Below are positions 9,476-19,199 of a stretch of 64,000 bases of DNA, one piece after another. The translations under genes and the position numbers were made by a program. Numbering within the stretch: position 1 is the first letter of the stretch; each line of letters opens with the position of its first letter. The notes beneath the pieces are model-generated. The model was not told the origin of the DNA. It was given only the letters and a program-made list of their open reading frames with translations, and made no database searches. Source of the DNA: an uncultured Gemmatimonadales bacterium (GTDB lineage: Bacteria; Gemmatimonadota; Gemmatimonadetes; Longimicrobiales; RSA9); assembly GCA_963783305.1 (NCBI GenBank), contig CAWAMW010000016.1:128001-192000 (forward strand), given 5' to 3'.

Positions 9476-9772
9476 ATGGACCGCAAGAAAGTCATCGGGA
9501 CGGCCGCAGGAGCCGCCGCGGCCGTGACCGCCGTCGGCGTCGCCGCGGTGAAGCTTAAAAACCGCAAGCCCACCGTGTTCCACGTGCAGCAGAAAGAGGA
9601 CGCCTGGACCGTCGAGAGCGAGAGCGGCAAGCCCGCTCCCACGACCCACGACACAAAGCGGGAGGCCGTCAAGACGGCGCGGGAGCGCGCCACCTCGGCC
9701 GCCCCGAGCCAGCTCGTGATCCACCGCCGCGATGGCAGCGTCCAGAAGCAGCATGCCTACGATCCGGAGTAG
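9476..9772 (+). CDS. DUF2188 domain small protein with N-terminal membrane anchor
   Basis: HV...WTVE...HDTKREAV...ARE...QLVIHRRDGSVQ; GAGGAG RBS. Confidence 0.85.
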   Translation: MDRKKVIGTAAGAAAAVTAVGVAAVKLKNRKPTVFHVQQKEDAWTVESESGKPAPTTHDTKREAVKTARERATSAAPSQLVIHRRDGSVQKQHAYDPE

Positions 9773-9849
9773 CCGCCCGCCCCATCAACCCCGGCCGCAC
9801 GCACTCGCCGCACTTCGCGGCGGGTGCGTCGGCCGGCCCCGCTTCCGCC

Positions 9850-10188
9850 TCAGTCCGCGCTCAGGGTCTCCTCGATCGCCTGCACCAGCACCTGCTTCGG
9901 GACCGCCCCCACCACACCGTTGACCGCTTCCCCGTCCCGGAAGATGCCGATGGTCGGGATCGAACGGATCCCGTACTTCGACGCCACTCCCTGCGCCTCG
10001 TCCACGTTCACCTTCGCGAACCGGACCTTCCCTTCGTACTCGTCCGCCAGCGCCTCCACGATCGGCGCCACCATCCGGCACGGCGCGCACCACGGTGCCC
10101 AGAAGTCCACCACCACCACGCCATCCTTGTCTTCCACCTGAGTGGCGAAATCGGCGTCCTGCAGCTCCATCACGTTCTTCGTCTTCAT
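9850..10188 (-). CDS. trxA: Thioredoxin
   Basis: VVVDFWAPWCAPCRMVAP and YGIRSIPT; AGGAGG RBS before the ATG at 10188. Confidence 0.95.
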   Translation of the reverse strand: MKTKNVMELQDADFATQVEDKDGVVVVDFWAPWCAPCRMVAPIVEALADEYEGKVRFAKVNVDEAQGVASKYGIRSIPTIGIFRDGEAVNGVVGAVPKQVLVQAIEETLSAD

Positions 10189-10266
10189 GCTATGCCTCCT
10201 ATTATTCAATAGATACCCATACAGTAATACACTGCGGCGACGAAAGGTTCCAGGGGACCGCGGAGG

Positions 10267-10450
10267 CCGGGCAAGTCCCCAAACAACGGGCGCGCCGGGA
10301 TTCACTGGGGAGTCGACCGGACATATTCCGGACAGCTCCCCAAACAAGCGCGCCTCCCCCGGCGTTCCCTGGGGACTTCGCCGGACATAGTCCGGGAAAG
10401 CCCCCAATCAATTGGCGTGGGGTTGTTCCCTGGGGAGTTGCCCGGGAACT
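10267..10450. repeat. Dispersed palindromic three-unit repeat element, copy B
   Basis: Units start at 10267, 10328 and 10392: CCGG-n5-TCCCCAAACAA[14/17/14 nt]TTCMCTGGGGA-n5-CCGGA-CATA; periods 61 and 64 bp, as in copy A. Confidence 0.85.
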
Positions 10451-10517
10451 ACCCCGGCGCGGCGGCCGAGGTGTGGGGGCTGCCGGGGAGATCACCGCCC
10501 CGGCGAGCGGCCGTGGA

Positions 10518-12647
10518 TCACGGATCGGACTGGGAGTACGCGGGGCCGGACTGGGAGTGCGCGGGTCCGGACTGGGTGTGCGGCAGCGTGTCGTGGCCGC
10601 TCCGGTCGGCGTGCTTCCAGCCCTGGAGGCTGATGTGCTGGGCCTGCTCGAAGAGTCGATCGAGGACCTCGAAGGGGTCGTCGCTTTTGAGGCCCTGGGG
10701 CGCCGTGGAGCGGATGTCGTGGCGGATGACGCGACGGAGGAGGTCGAGGTCGCGCCTGAGGGCGCCGGTGGTCCAGCCGAGCTGGTGTCGCTGAGCGCCG
10801 TGGAGCTCGAGTGTGGTGCGCTGGATGGCCGTGCCGCCGCGGAGCACCTGTGAGACGTCCTGGCCCACGGAGCCTGCGTGACGCAGGAGGTCGGACAGGC
10901 CGGCGATGAAGTGGGGGATGTGGTCGCGCAGCTCGATATCGGTGGCCTCGCCGGCGCGGGGGATGCCACCGTCCTGCCGGAGCCGATCGACGTAGGCATC
11001 GACGATGGGCTTGAGGCGGCGGAGCAGGTGATCGGCGAGGATGGGGAGCCCCTCGATCTGGCGGTCGAAGACGCGGCGGTCGCGGCGCGAGTCGTCGATC
11101 TTGCGCGGCGCCGCGAGCCAGAGGGAGAAGGTGGATCCCTTGCCGGCCTCGCTGACGACGGTGAGGTCGCCGCCCATGAGCCGCGCGAGATAGCGTCCGA
11201 TGGCGAGGCCGAGGCCGGAGCCGTCGGTCTCGCGGGTGAAGGAGTTGGTCTCGGCCTGAACGAAGGGCTCGAAGACGGCGTCAATGCGGTCCTCGGGGAT
11301 GCCGATCCCCTCGTCGTGTACGTCGATCCGGATCCAGGGGCCGGCGCCGATGGGGGCGCCGCCGCGGGGCGGGTCCTCGACGCGCTGGCACTCGATGATG
11401 ACGCGGCCGTCCTCCCGGGTGAAGCGGAACGCGTTGGAGACGAGCTGGACGAGGATCTGCCGGACGCGGATGCCGTCGCCGAGGAATCGGAAATCGCCCT
11501 CACCGTCGCATCGGGTCTCGACGCGCACGTGCTCCGGCGCCTGCTGCGACACGATCTGGAGCGTGGACTCGATGACATCGTGCACAATGTTCGAGTGGTT
11601 GCTCACCGTGAGCTCGCCGGCCTCCGCCCGGGATACGTCCAGGACTCGGGTGACGAGCTCGAGGAGGTGCTTGCCGCTCACGTCGATCCGCGACAGCAGC
11701 GCCCGCTGCTCATCCGTCAGCTTCCCCTTCACGCCCATGTCCAGGATCTGCGTGTAGCCGAGGATGGCGTTGATGGGGGTGCGGAGCTCGTGGCTCATGA
11801 CGCCGAGGAACTGGCTCTTGGCGCGGCTGGCCATTTCCGCGGCCTCCCGCGACCGGCGCGCCTGCCGGTAGAGGCGGGCGTTGTCGATGGCGATGGCGGC
11901 GCGGTTCGCCAGGTCCTCGGCGAGGGCGAGGTCGTCCTCGTTGAACGACCGTCCCTCCAGGTCGCTGACGAACGTGATGGCCCCCAGGCAGTCGCCGCGG
12001 GCGCTCAGCGGCACGCTCATCAGCGAGCCGATCCCGAGGCGGAGCAGGATCTCGAGGTTGCGCGGGTTGCGCGCCACGTGCTCGAGGAGCTCCTGGTCGA
12101 CGTGCGGGACGATCTCGGGCTGGAGCGAGCGGGCCACGATCGGCACGCCCAGCCGGTCGTGGCGAGTGGGCGGCCACCCCTCCCTCAGCTCGGTGACCAG
12201 CGCCTGCTTGTCGTCCTCCGGGTGCACGATCGCGAGCCGGCGGATGTCCCCGTTGGCCTCGACGATGTCCACGATGCACCACGCCCCCAGGTCCGGCAAC
12301 GCGAGCCCCGCCACGGTCGAGAGGGTGGTCTCATAGTCCAGCGAGTTGGCCAGCAGCCGGCTGGCTTCGGCCAGGAACGACGCCTCCCGCGCCGTCTGCC
12401 GCGCGGGGTCCAGGCCGGGATCCGGTGCGCGGCGGTGCACCTCCGGGGCGACGCCCCGGTCACCGCCGGAGCGGGCGCCCGGGCTGGCTCCCCGGTCAGC
12501 GCCCGGTTTGGCTCCCCGGTCAGCGCCCGAGGTGGCTCCCCGGTCCGCTGCGGAGTTGGCGCCCGAGCCGCCGCCGCCGCACGCCGGCGCGGTGCCATCA
12601 CCGCCAGCAACGTCTACTCCTCTGTCTATGTAGTCCATGACCGGCAC
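10518..12647 (-). CDS. GAF sensor histidine kinase with an extra C-terminal helical domain (start uncertain)
   Basis: FLAEASRLLANSLDYETTL (GAF), H-box MSHELRTPIN, N-box LVSNAFRFT, DEGIGI, FEPFVQ, GSGLGLAI; C-terminal ELHGAQRHQLGW domain. Confidence 0.9.
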   Translation of the reverse strand: MPVMDYIDRGVDVAGGDGTAPACGGGGSGANSAADRGATSGADRGAKPGADRGASPGARSGGDRGVAPEVHRRAPDPGLDPARQTAREASFLAEASRLLANSLDYETTLSTVAGLALPDLGAWCIVDIVEANGDIRRLAIVHPEDDKQALVTELREGWPPTRHDRLGVPIVARSLQPEIVPHVDQELLEHVARNPRNLEILLRLGIGSLMSVPLSARGDCLGAITFVSDLEGRSFNEDDLALAEDLANRAAIAIDNARLYRQARRSREAAEMASRAKSQFLGVMSHELRTPINAILGYTQILDMGVKGKLTDEQRALLSRIDVSGKHLLELVTRVLDVSRAEAGELTVSNHSNIVHDVIESTLQIVSQQAPEHVRVETRCDGEGDFRFLGDGIRVRQILVQLVSNAFRFTREDGRVIIECQRVEDPPRGGAPIGAGPWIRIDVHDEGIGIPEDRIDAVFEPFVQAETNSFTRETDGSGLGLAIGRYLARLMGGDLTVVSEAGKGSTFSLWLAAPRKIDDSRRDRRVFDRQIEGLPILADHLLRRLKPIVDAYVDRLRQDGGIPRAGEATDIELRDHIPHFIAGLSDLLRHAGSVGQDVSQVLRGGTAIQRTTLELHGAQRHQLGWTTGALRRDLDLLRRVIRHDIRSTAPQGLKSDDPFEVLDRLFEQAQHISLQGWKHADRSGHDTLPHTQSGPAHSQSGPAYSQSDP
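10527..10585. repeat. 21-bp tandem repeat x3 encoding the kinase C-terminal tail (HSQSGPA)
   Basis: ggactgggagtacgcggggcc / ggactgggagtgcgcgggtcc / ggactgggtgtgc. Confidence 0.8.
12454..12548. repeat. 24-bp tandem repeat (3-4 copies) encoding ADRGAxxG in the kinase N-terminal extension
   Basis: ggctccccggtcagcgccc recurs with a 24-bp period. Confidence 0.8.
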
Positions 12648-12849
12648 CCATTCGACCGGGACGAATCCGCTTCAGGACTTCAGAAGTATTGCAGGATGAA
12701 TGCCGCGCTCGCGGGCGCGCCGCGCACGCGCGCGCGAAGCGAATGAGGGGCTTCCCGCGGGGTGCGGGACGGGCTTCCGCAGGGTGTGTGAGGGCGTTCC
12801 GCTGGGCGCGTGACGTCCCCCGGTCCGCCCCCCGCGCCGCCGCGTCGGC

Positions 12850-13188
12850 TCAGCGCGGGAGCCGGATCTCGGGGTCCTCGGGGAAGGGTCGGTAGAGGAC
12901 CATGGTGCGGCCGACGGTCTGGGCGACGGCGACGCGATCGATGCGGGCGGCGATCTCGGCGGCGGCGGCCTCCACATCGGTGGGCGCGGACTCGTGGACC
13001 TTCACCTTGAGGAGCTCACGCGTATTGAAGGCCTCGCCGATACTGGTAATGACCGCAGCGGTGACGCCGTCGTTGCCCACGTGGAGGATGGGCTTGAGGT
13101 GGTGTGCGAGGGAGCGGAGGTGAGCGCGCTGCCTGGAGGTCAGGGTGTCGATGGTATCCGTCCTGGCTGGAGTGGTTCCGGGAGACAA
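12850..13188 (-). CDS. yhbY: YhbY/CRM-domain RNA-binding protein
   Basis: LTSRQRAHLRSLAHHLKPILHVGNDG...ELLKVKV...QTVGRTMVLYR. Confidence 0.92.
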   Translation of the reverse strand: MSPGTTPARTDTIDTLTSRQRAHLRSLAHHLKPILHVGNDGVTAAVITSIGEAFNTRELLKVKVHESAPTDVEAAAAEIAARIDRVAVAQTVGRTMVLYRPFPEDPEIRLPR

Positions 13189-13347
13189 TATCGGGTTAGT
13201 GGGGACGGTCGGGAAGGGGTGCGGGGGTCGTGGATTCCGGAGCGGGAGGGGGGCGGTGCGAGCGGCGGGGCATCCGAGTATGTTGCAGCGGGGTGGGGGG
13301 CGGTGGGTGATTCAGGCACACAATCTACGATTACATAAAGTCGACCA

Positions 13348-14640
13348 ATGACGAAGAGCGTGCGGGCATACAATTCATTCCAGATGGCGCAGTCGCAGTT
13401 CGACCGGATCGCGGACCTGCTCGATCTGGAGCCGGGTACGCGTGAGCTCCTGCGCGAGCCGCTGCGGGAGTTCTCGTTCGCGATTCCCGTGCGGATGGAC
13501 GACGGGAGCGTGCGGGTGTTCCGAGGCTTCCGGGTGCAGCACAACGACGCGCGGGGTCCGAGCAAGGGCGGGATCCGGTTCCATCCGCAGGAGAGCCTGG
13601 ACATGGTGCGAGCGCTGGCCATGTGGATGACGTGGAAGTGCGCGGTGGTGGACATCCCGCTGGGCGGCGGGAAGGGCGGAGTGGTCTGCGATCCGCACGA
13701 CCTGAGTCAGCGCGAGCAGGAGCAGATCTCGAGGGGCTGGGTCCGGCAGATCGCGCGGGATGTGGGCCCCGTGCGGGACGTGCCCGCGCCGGATGTGATG
13801 ACGACGCCGCAGCACATGCTGTGGATGCTGGACGAGTTCGAAGCCATCCACGGGCAGCGTCTTCCGGGGTTCATCACGGGGAAGCCGGTCGGGATGGGTG
13901 GCTCGCTGGGCCGGAAGGAGGCGACCGGGTACGGCGTGGTGTTCACGATCCGGGAGGCGCTGAAGGAGCTGGGGCTCCGGGCCGAGGACACGAGCGCGTC
14001 GGTGCAGGGGTTCGGGAACGTGGCGCAGTACGCCATTCAGCTCTACACGCAGCTGGGCGGCACGGTGAAGTGCGTGTCCTCGTGGGATCAGGCGGACCAG
14101 ACGAGCTACGCCTACCGGAAGGAGACGGGCGTGGACCTGGACGAGCTGCTGACGGTCACGGACCGGTTCGGCGGGATCGATGGTGTCCGTGCCGCGGAGC
14201 TGGGCTACGAGCGCCTGGACGGGGACGCGTGGCTGGAGCAGGAGGTGGACATCCTGATCCCGGCGGCGCTGGAGAACCAGATCAACGCCGACAACGTGGA
14301 CCGCATCAGTGCGCGGGTGCGGATCATCGCGGAGGGCGCCAACGGTCCGACGAGCCCGGAGGCCGATCGCGTGCTCCACGAGCGGGGTGTCTTCGTCATT
14401 CCGGACCTGCTGGCGAACGCCGGTGGCGTGACGGCCAGCTATTTCGAGCAGGTCCAGAGCAACATGAATTACTACTGGGAGCGTGACGAGGTCCTGGGCA
14501 AGCTGGATATCAAGATGACCGCCGCGTTCATCGCCGTGAGTGACCTGGCGAAGAAGCGGGATCTGTTCACCCGGGACGCCGCGTACGTGATTGCGGTGGA
14601 TCGGGTGGCGCAGGCGTGCAGGGACCGCGGCTGGGTCTGA
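13348..14640 (+). CDS. gdhA: Glu/Leu/Phe/Val dehydrogenase (glutamate dehydrogenase)
   Basis: RVQHNDARGPSKGGIRFHP, PLGGGKGG, DVPAPD, ITGKP, SLGRKEATGYG, QGFGNV, EGANGPT, PDLLANAGGV. Confidence 0.93.
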   Translation: MTKSVRAYNSFQMAQSQFDRIADLLDLEPGTRELLREPLREFSFAIPVRMDDGSVRVFRGFRVQHNDARGPSKGGIRFHPQESLDMVRALAMWMTWKCAVVDIPLGGGKGGVVCDPHDLSQREQEQISRGWVRQIARDVGPVRDVPAPDVMTTPQHMLWMLDEFEAIHGQRLPGFITGKPVGMGGSLGRKEATGYGVVFTIREALKELGLRAEDTSASVQGFGNVAQYAIQLYTQLGGTVKCVSSWDQADQTSYAYRKETGVDLDELLTVTDRFGGIDGVRAAELGYERLDGDAWLEQEVDILIPAALENQINADNVDRISARVRIIAEGANGPTSPEADRVLHERGVFVIPDLLANAGGVTASYFEQVQSNMNYYWERDEVLGKLDIKMTAAFIAVSDLAKKRDLFTRDAAYVIAVDRVAQACRDRGWV

Positions 14641-14646
14641 GCGGCT

Positions 14647-16383
14647 ATGGAGACGGTCCCCGCTTTCGACCGTCAGTTCTTCCGCTCCGACGCCGTATTC
14701 AGTCGGATCGGCGGAGGAAGCCTGGGCGGGAAGGCGGAGGGCCTGATCCGGATCCGATCGGCGCTGGAAACACGGCTGGGAGGTGAGGTGGGCGGGATCG
14801 AGCTGGCCATCCCGCGGGTGGCCGTGCTCGGGACCGACGCGTTCGACGCGTTCCTGGCGCGTAACGATCTCGGGGGTGCGATCGCCGGTGACCTCCCCGA
14901 TGATCGCCTCGCCCACGCCTTCCAGCGGGCGGACCTTCCGTCGGAGCTGGTGGGCGACCTCCGGTCCCTGGCGGAGGAGGTGAAGCAGCCGCTCGCCGTT
15001 CGCTCCTCGAGTCTGCTGGAGGACGCGCTGGCGCGGCCGTTCGCCGGAATCTACGAGACCAAGATGACCCCGAACAACCAGGCGGAGGCCGGTGCGCGCT
15101 TCCATCTCCTGGCGGAGGCCATCAAGTTCGTCTACGCCTCCACCTTCTTCCGGGATGCCCGGACCTACCGGCGCGCGGCCGGCATCGACGACGGCGAAGA
15201 GAAGATGGCGGTCATGATCCAGGAGATGGTGGGCGCTCGTCATGGCGACCGCTTCTATCCGGACCTCTCCGCCGTCTGCCGGTCCTACAGCTATTATCCA
15301 GTAGGTCGGGCGGCCCGAGAGGACGGAGTGGCGGTCCTGGCGCTTGGACTGGGGAAGACCATCGTGGATGGCGGACTCTGCTGGTCGTACTCGCCCCGGC
15401 GGCCGAAGGCGCCCCGGCCCTTCGCGTCCACGCGCCAGATGCTGACCGAGACACAGTCGCGCTTCTGGGCGGTGAGCATGGCGCGGCTCAGGGAGTACGA
15501 TCCCACCGTGGCGGAGGAGTACATGGTGGAGTGCGATCTGGCGATCGCTGAGTTCGACGGAACGCTCCGGCACCTGGCGTCCACGTACGACGCGGAGCGC
15601 GACCGGCTACGGCCGGGGACCGGATCGGAAGGCCCGCGGGTCCTCGATTTCGCGCCGCTCCTCCAGCTCAGGGAATGGCCGCTGAACGACCTCGTGAAAT
15701 CGCTGCTGGAGGTGTGCGGTGAGACCCTGGGCGCGGCGGTGGAGATCGAGATGGCCATGACGCTCCCGGTCACGGCGGGGGAGCGACCGCGGGCGGGGCT
15801 GGTGCAGGTGCGTCCCATGCGGACGCCCAGCGCCGAGGTGACCCTCGAACCGTCGGATCTCATGGGCGGCGGAGTGCTGCTGTCGTCGGAGAACGCGCTC
15901 GGGAACGGGGTGGTGGCGGGGGTCCGGGACATCATCTACGTCAAGCCCGAATCGTTCGAGGCGCGGCGGACGCCGCAGGTGGCCGGGGAGGTGGAAGTGT
16001 GGAACCGCGGCATGGTGGAGGCGGGGCACGGCTACCTGCTGATCGGCTTCGGCCGGTGGGGCAGCGCCGACCCGTGGCTGGGGATCCCCGTGGGGTGGGG
16101 CGGCGTATCGGGGGCGCGAGCAATCGTGGAGGCGACGCTCCCCGCCATGGACGTGGAGCCGAGCCAGGGCTCACACTTCTTCCACAACCTGTCCAGCACC
16201 GGTGTGCTCTACTTCACCGTGCGCCACGGCACGGGAGCCGCGCTCGACTGGGAGTGGCTGGAGGGGCTCGAGACGGTAGACGAGACGGAATGGCTGCGAC
16301 ACGCGCGGACGGTAGCGCCGCTGGACATCCGTGTGGATGGCCGGACAGGGCGCGGTGTGGTCCAGCGTGGCGAGGAGGAGTGA
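14647..16383 (+). CDS. PPDK_N (PEP/pyruvate-binding, ATP-grasp) domain protein A
   Basis: GGSLGGKAEGL, PLAVRSSSLLED, FAGIYET, MAVMIQEMVG, GLGKTIVDG, IEMA, VQVRP; C-terminal GFGRWGSADPWLGIPV and SQGSHFFHNL; no PEP-utilising TIM barrel. Confidence 0.85.
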   Translation: METVPAFDRQFFRSDAVFSRIGGGSLGGKAEGLIRIRSALETRLGGEVGGIELAIPRVAVLGTDAFDAFLARNDLGGAIAGDLPDDRLAHAFQRADLPSELVGDLRSLAEEVKQPLAVRSSSLLEDALARPFAGIYETKMTPNNQAEAGARFHLLAEAIKFVYASTFFRDARTYRRAAGIDDGEEKMAVMIQEMVGARHGDRFYPDLSAVCRSYSYYPVGRAAREDGVAVLALGLGKTIVDGGLCWSYSPRRPKAPRPFASTRQMLTETQSRFWAVSMARLREYDPTVAEEYMVECDLAIAEFDGTLRHLASTYDAERDRLRPGTGSEGPRVLDFAPLLQLREWPLNDLVKSLLEVCGETLGAAVEIEMAMTLPVTAGERPRAGLVQVRPMRTPSAEVTLEPSDLMGGGVLLSSENALGNGVVAGVRDIIYVKPESFEARRTPQVAGEVEVWNRGMVEAGHGYLLIGFGRWGSADPWLGIPVGWGGVSGARAIVEATLPAMDVEPSQGSHFFHNLSSTGVLYFTVRHGTGAALDWEWLEGLETVDETEWLRHARTVAPLDIRVDGRTGRGVVQRGEEE

Positions 16384-16386
16384 CGG

Positions 16387-19122
16387 GTGCCTGACAGGGA
16401 ATCGATCGAAGAGGTGATGGAGGCCCTGCGGGAGCGGGCGAAGGAGCTGGCGTGCCTCTACCGTGTCGACGAGATCCTGGCACGAGACGCGCCGCCAGAT
16501 GACATCTACCGCAGGGTCCTGGACGCCCTCCCGGAGGGCTGGCGCTTCCCGGAGGTGGTGCAGTCCACGCTCGAGGTCCAGGGGCGCCTGTACCGACCGC
16601 CGGGGTTCCGAAAGACGCCGTGGGCGCAGACCGTGCCGATCCTCGTCGACCGGGAGCAGGTCGGAGAGCTGAGCGTTTACTACACGGAATCGCGCCCGGC
16701 CGGTGACGAGGGGCCATTCCTGAAGGAGGAGCGGCGGCTGCTGAACGCGCTGGCCGACCGCCTCGCGTCCTTCGTGCTGCGCAGGGACATGCCCGGCCGC
16801 CCGCCCGCGGGCCGGAGCACGCCGGACGAGGCAAAGTGGCGTGTGATCCTGGAGTTCCTCCGGCGGACCGACCCGCCGCTACTGCAGTGGATCAGCCGCA
16901 AAATGCTGAACCACCTGCGCTGGAAGGGGCTGGAGGACGCGGAGCGACTGGTGTCACCCACGGTACGGCTGTCGGAGGCCGAGCAGGGGGAAGAGAACCG
17001 CCCTCTCGTGCGGGTGCCGGCGCGGGAGGTGCGCGCGGAGACCGCCGAGGTCTTCCGGATCGCGGGCGAGCACCTGCCGGACGCGGAGATCCTGGCGCAC
17101 ATCCAGATGTGGATCAGCCAGGACAAGGTGGGGTTCCTGATCCAGGCGCTGGAGGACCAGGGCTCGGCGCTGAGCCAGCTGGTGGATGGGCTGGACCGGT
17201 TCGAGGCGCTGGGGGTGGCGGAGTCGGAGCTGCCGCACTCGGTCCAGACCATGCTGCGGGTGGCGCTTCTGCGGAGGTTCTTCACCGACCAGATCTCGTT
17301 CATAAACACCGCGAAGAGCGTGGTGAACCTGGGCGACTTCTACCGCCTCTCCCGTCGGCTGCTGGCGGCGCCCGGCAGCCACGGCCGGCTGGGGGGCAAG
17401 AGCGCGGGCGTGTTCCTGGCTCAGCGGATCATCGAGAGCTCGCCGGAATACGCCGACGTCCTGAGCGACATCCGGGTGCCGAAGAGCTGGTACGTCTCCT
17501 CCGACACGGTCCTCGCCTTCGTCCGGTACAACAACCTGGACGACATCTACGACCAGAAGTACATGGAGATCGACCAGGTGCGACAGCAGTACCCGCACGT
17601 GGTCCAGGTCTTCAAGAGCGCCGACTTCCCGCCGGAGCTCCAGAAGGGGTTCAGCGCCATGCTGGACGACCTGGGCGACGTCCCGCTGATCGTGCGGAGC
17701 TCGAGCCTGCTGGAGGACCGGACGGGGTCCGCGTTCAGTGGGAAGTACAAGAGCCTGTTCCTGGCCAATCAGGGACCGAAGGGGGAGCGCCTGCAGGCGC
17801 TCCTGGACGCGGTGGCTGAGGTGTACGCGTCGATCTTCGCCCCCGACGCCATCGAGTACCGCGCGGAGCGGAACCTCCTGGACGTCCACGAGGAGATGGG
17901 TCTCATGATCCAGCAGGTCGTGGGCACCCGGGTGGGCCGGTACTACCTGCCATCGTATTCGGGGGTGGCGCTCAGTACCAACGAGTTCCGGTGGTCGCCG
18001 CGGATCCGCAGGGAGGACGGGCTGGTACGGCTGGTGCTCGGACTGGGGACGCGGGCGGTGGACCGCCTGAGCGACGACTACTCGGTGCTCTTCGCCCCCG
18101 GTCAGCCGGGGCTTCGAGTGAACGTCACCGCCGAGGAGATGGTGCGTTACGCGCCCCGGTTCGTGGACCTGATCAACCTGGAGACCAACGCGTTCGAGAC
18201 GCTGCCTGTGGACCGGCTGCTCCGGGAGTACGGGGACGAGCTGCCGCAGGTGAAGCGCATCGTCTCCATCCTCGAGGACGGACGGGTTCGCCCGCCGCGC
18301 GGCCTCGCCCCCGACTGGGAGAATGAGGACGCCATCGTCACCTTCGAGGGGCTGGCGCAGGACTCGCCGTTCGTCACGCAGGTACAGACCCTGCTCAAGG
18401 TACTGAGCACTCGCCTTGGACCCGTGGACCTGGAGTTCGCGTCGGACGGCGAGAACTTCTACCTGCTCCAGTGCCGTCCGCAGAACTTCGGACCGACGTC
18501 GGAGGCGCCCCGGATTCCGCGGCGATTGAAGAGCAAGGACATCCTGTTCTCGGCCAATCGCTACATCTCCAACGGCGTGGCGCCAGCGCTTACGCACCTG
18601 GTCTACGTAGATCCGGAGGGCTATGCCGAGCTGGGGGAGCGCAAGGAGCTGCTGGAGGTGGGTCGCGCGGTGGGTCGTCTGAACAAACTGCTCCCTCGTC
18701 GCCAGTTCATGCTCATGGGGCCCGGCCGCTGGGGGAGCCGCGGCGACATCCACCTGGGCGTGAGCGTGAGCTATTCGGACATCAACAACACGGCGATCCT
18801 GGCGGAGGTGGCGCGGCAAAAGGGGAGCTATGTGCCCGACCTGTCGTTCGGCACCCACTTCTTCCAGGACCTGGTGGAGGCGGAGATCCGCTATCTGCCC
18901 CTCTACCCGGACGAGGCGGGGAGCACGTTGAACGAGGAGTTCCTGAGAGGGGCGCCCAACCACCTGGCCGAGCTCGTGCCCGAGTACGCACACCTGGCCA
19001 AGGCGGTGCGGGTGATCGACATACGCGAGGCATCGGAGGGTCGGGTGCTCCGGGTGCTCATGAACGGCGAGCGTGATCGGGCCGTGGGGTATCTGACGAG
19101 CCCGGACGAGCAGCAGAGGTGA
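16387..19122 (+). CDS. PPDK_N (ATP-grasp) domain protein B with a GAF-like N-terminal region
   Basis: LRERAKELACLY...GPFLKEERRLL N-terminal region; GRLGGKSAG, PLIVRSSSLLED, FSGKYKSLF, GLGTRAVDR, DLEFA, LLQCRPQ; C-terminal GPGRWGS and SFGTHFFQDLVE. Confidence 0.85.
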   Translation: MPDRESIEEVMEALRERAKELACLYRVDEILARDAPPDDIYRRVLDALPEGWRFPEVVQSTLEVQGRLYRPPGFRKTPWAQTVPILVDREQVGELSVYYTESRPAGDEGPFLKEERRLLNALADRLASFVLRRDMPGRPPAGRSTPDEAKWRVILEFLRRTDPPLLQWISRKMLNHLRWKGLEDAERLVSPTVRLSEAEQGEENRPLVRVPAREVRAETAEVFRIAGEHLPDAEILAHIQMWISQDKVGFLIQALEDQGSALSQLVDGLDRFEALGVAESELPHSVQTMLRVALLRRFFTDQISFINTAKSVVNLGDFYRLSRRLLAAPGSHGRLGGKSAGVFLAQRIIESSPEYADVLSDIRVPKSWYVSSDTVLAFVRYNNLDDIYDQKYMEIDQVRQQYPHVVQVFKSADFPPELQKGFSAMLDDLGDVPLIVRSSSLLEDRTGSAFSGKYKSLFLANQGPKGERLQALLDAVAEVYASIFAPDAIEYRAERNLLDVHEEMGLMIQQVVGTRVGRYYLPSYSGVALSTNEFRWSPRIRREDGLVRLVLGLGTRAVDRLSDDYSVLFAPGQPGLRVNVTAEEMVRYAPRFVDLINLETNAFETLPVDRLLREYGDELPQVKRIVSILEDGRVRPPRGLAPDWENEDAIVTFEGLAQDSPFVTQVQTLLKVLSTRLGPVDLEFASDGENFYLLQCRPQNFGPTSEAPRIPRRLKSKDILFSANRYISNGVAPALTHLVYVDPEGYAELGERKELLEVGRAVGRLNKLLPRRQFMLMGPGRWGSRGDIHLGVSVSYSDINNTAILAEVARQKGSYVPDLSFGTHFFQDLVEAEIRYLPLYPDEAGSTLNEEFLRGAPNHLAELVPEYAHLAKAVRVIDIREASEGRVLRVLMNGERDRAVGYLTSPDEQQR

Positions 19123-19199
19123 GGTTCTGGTGTGGTATTGGCGGTGGGTATGGCAGCGACGTGGAAGGAGCGGTGGATGCAGATCAGGGGGGTGACCCG

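Noticed and set aside
9256..9693. N-terminal extension of the DsbA-like ORF
   Set aside because: It overlaps the DUF2188 gene on the opposite strand, and the signal peptide begins near 9255.
10190..10240. Possible CsoR-like operator in the AT-rich trxA promoter (ATACCCATACAGTA)
   Set aside because: The palindrome is too imperfect to distinguish from ordinary promoter sequence.
14647..19122. Annotation as phosphoenolpyruvate synthase (ppsA) or ppdK
   Set aside because: Neither protein has a PEP/pyruvate-binding barrel or the canonical TSHAA phospho-His motif.
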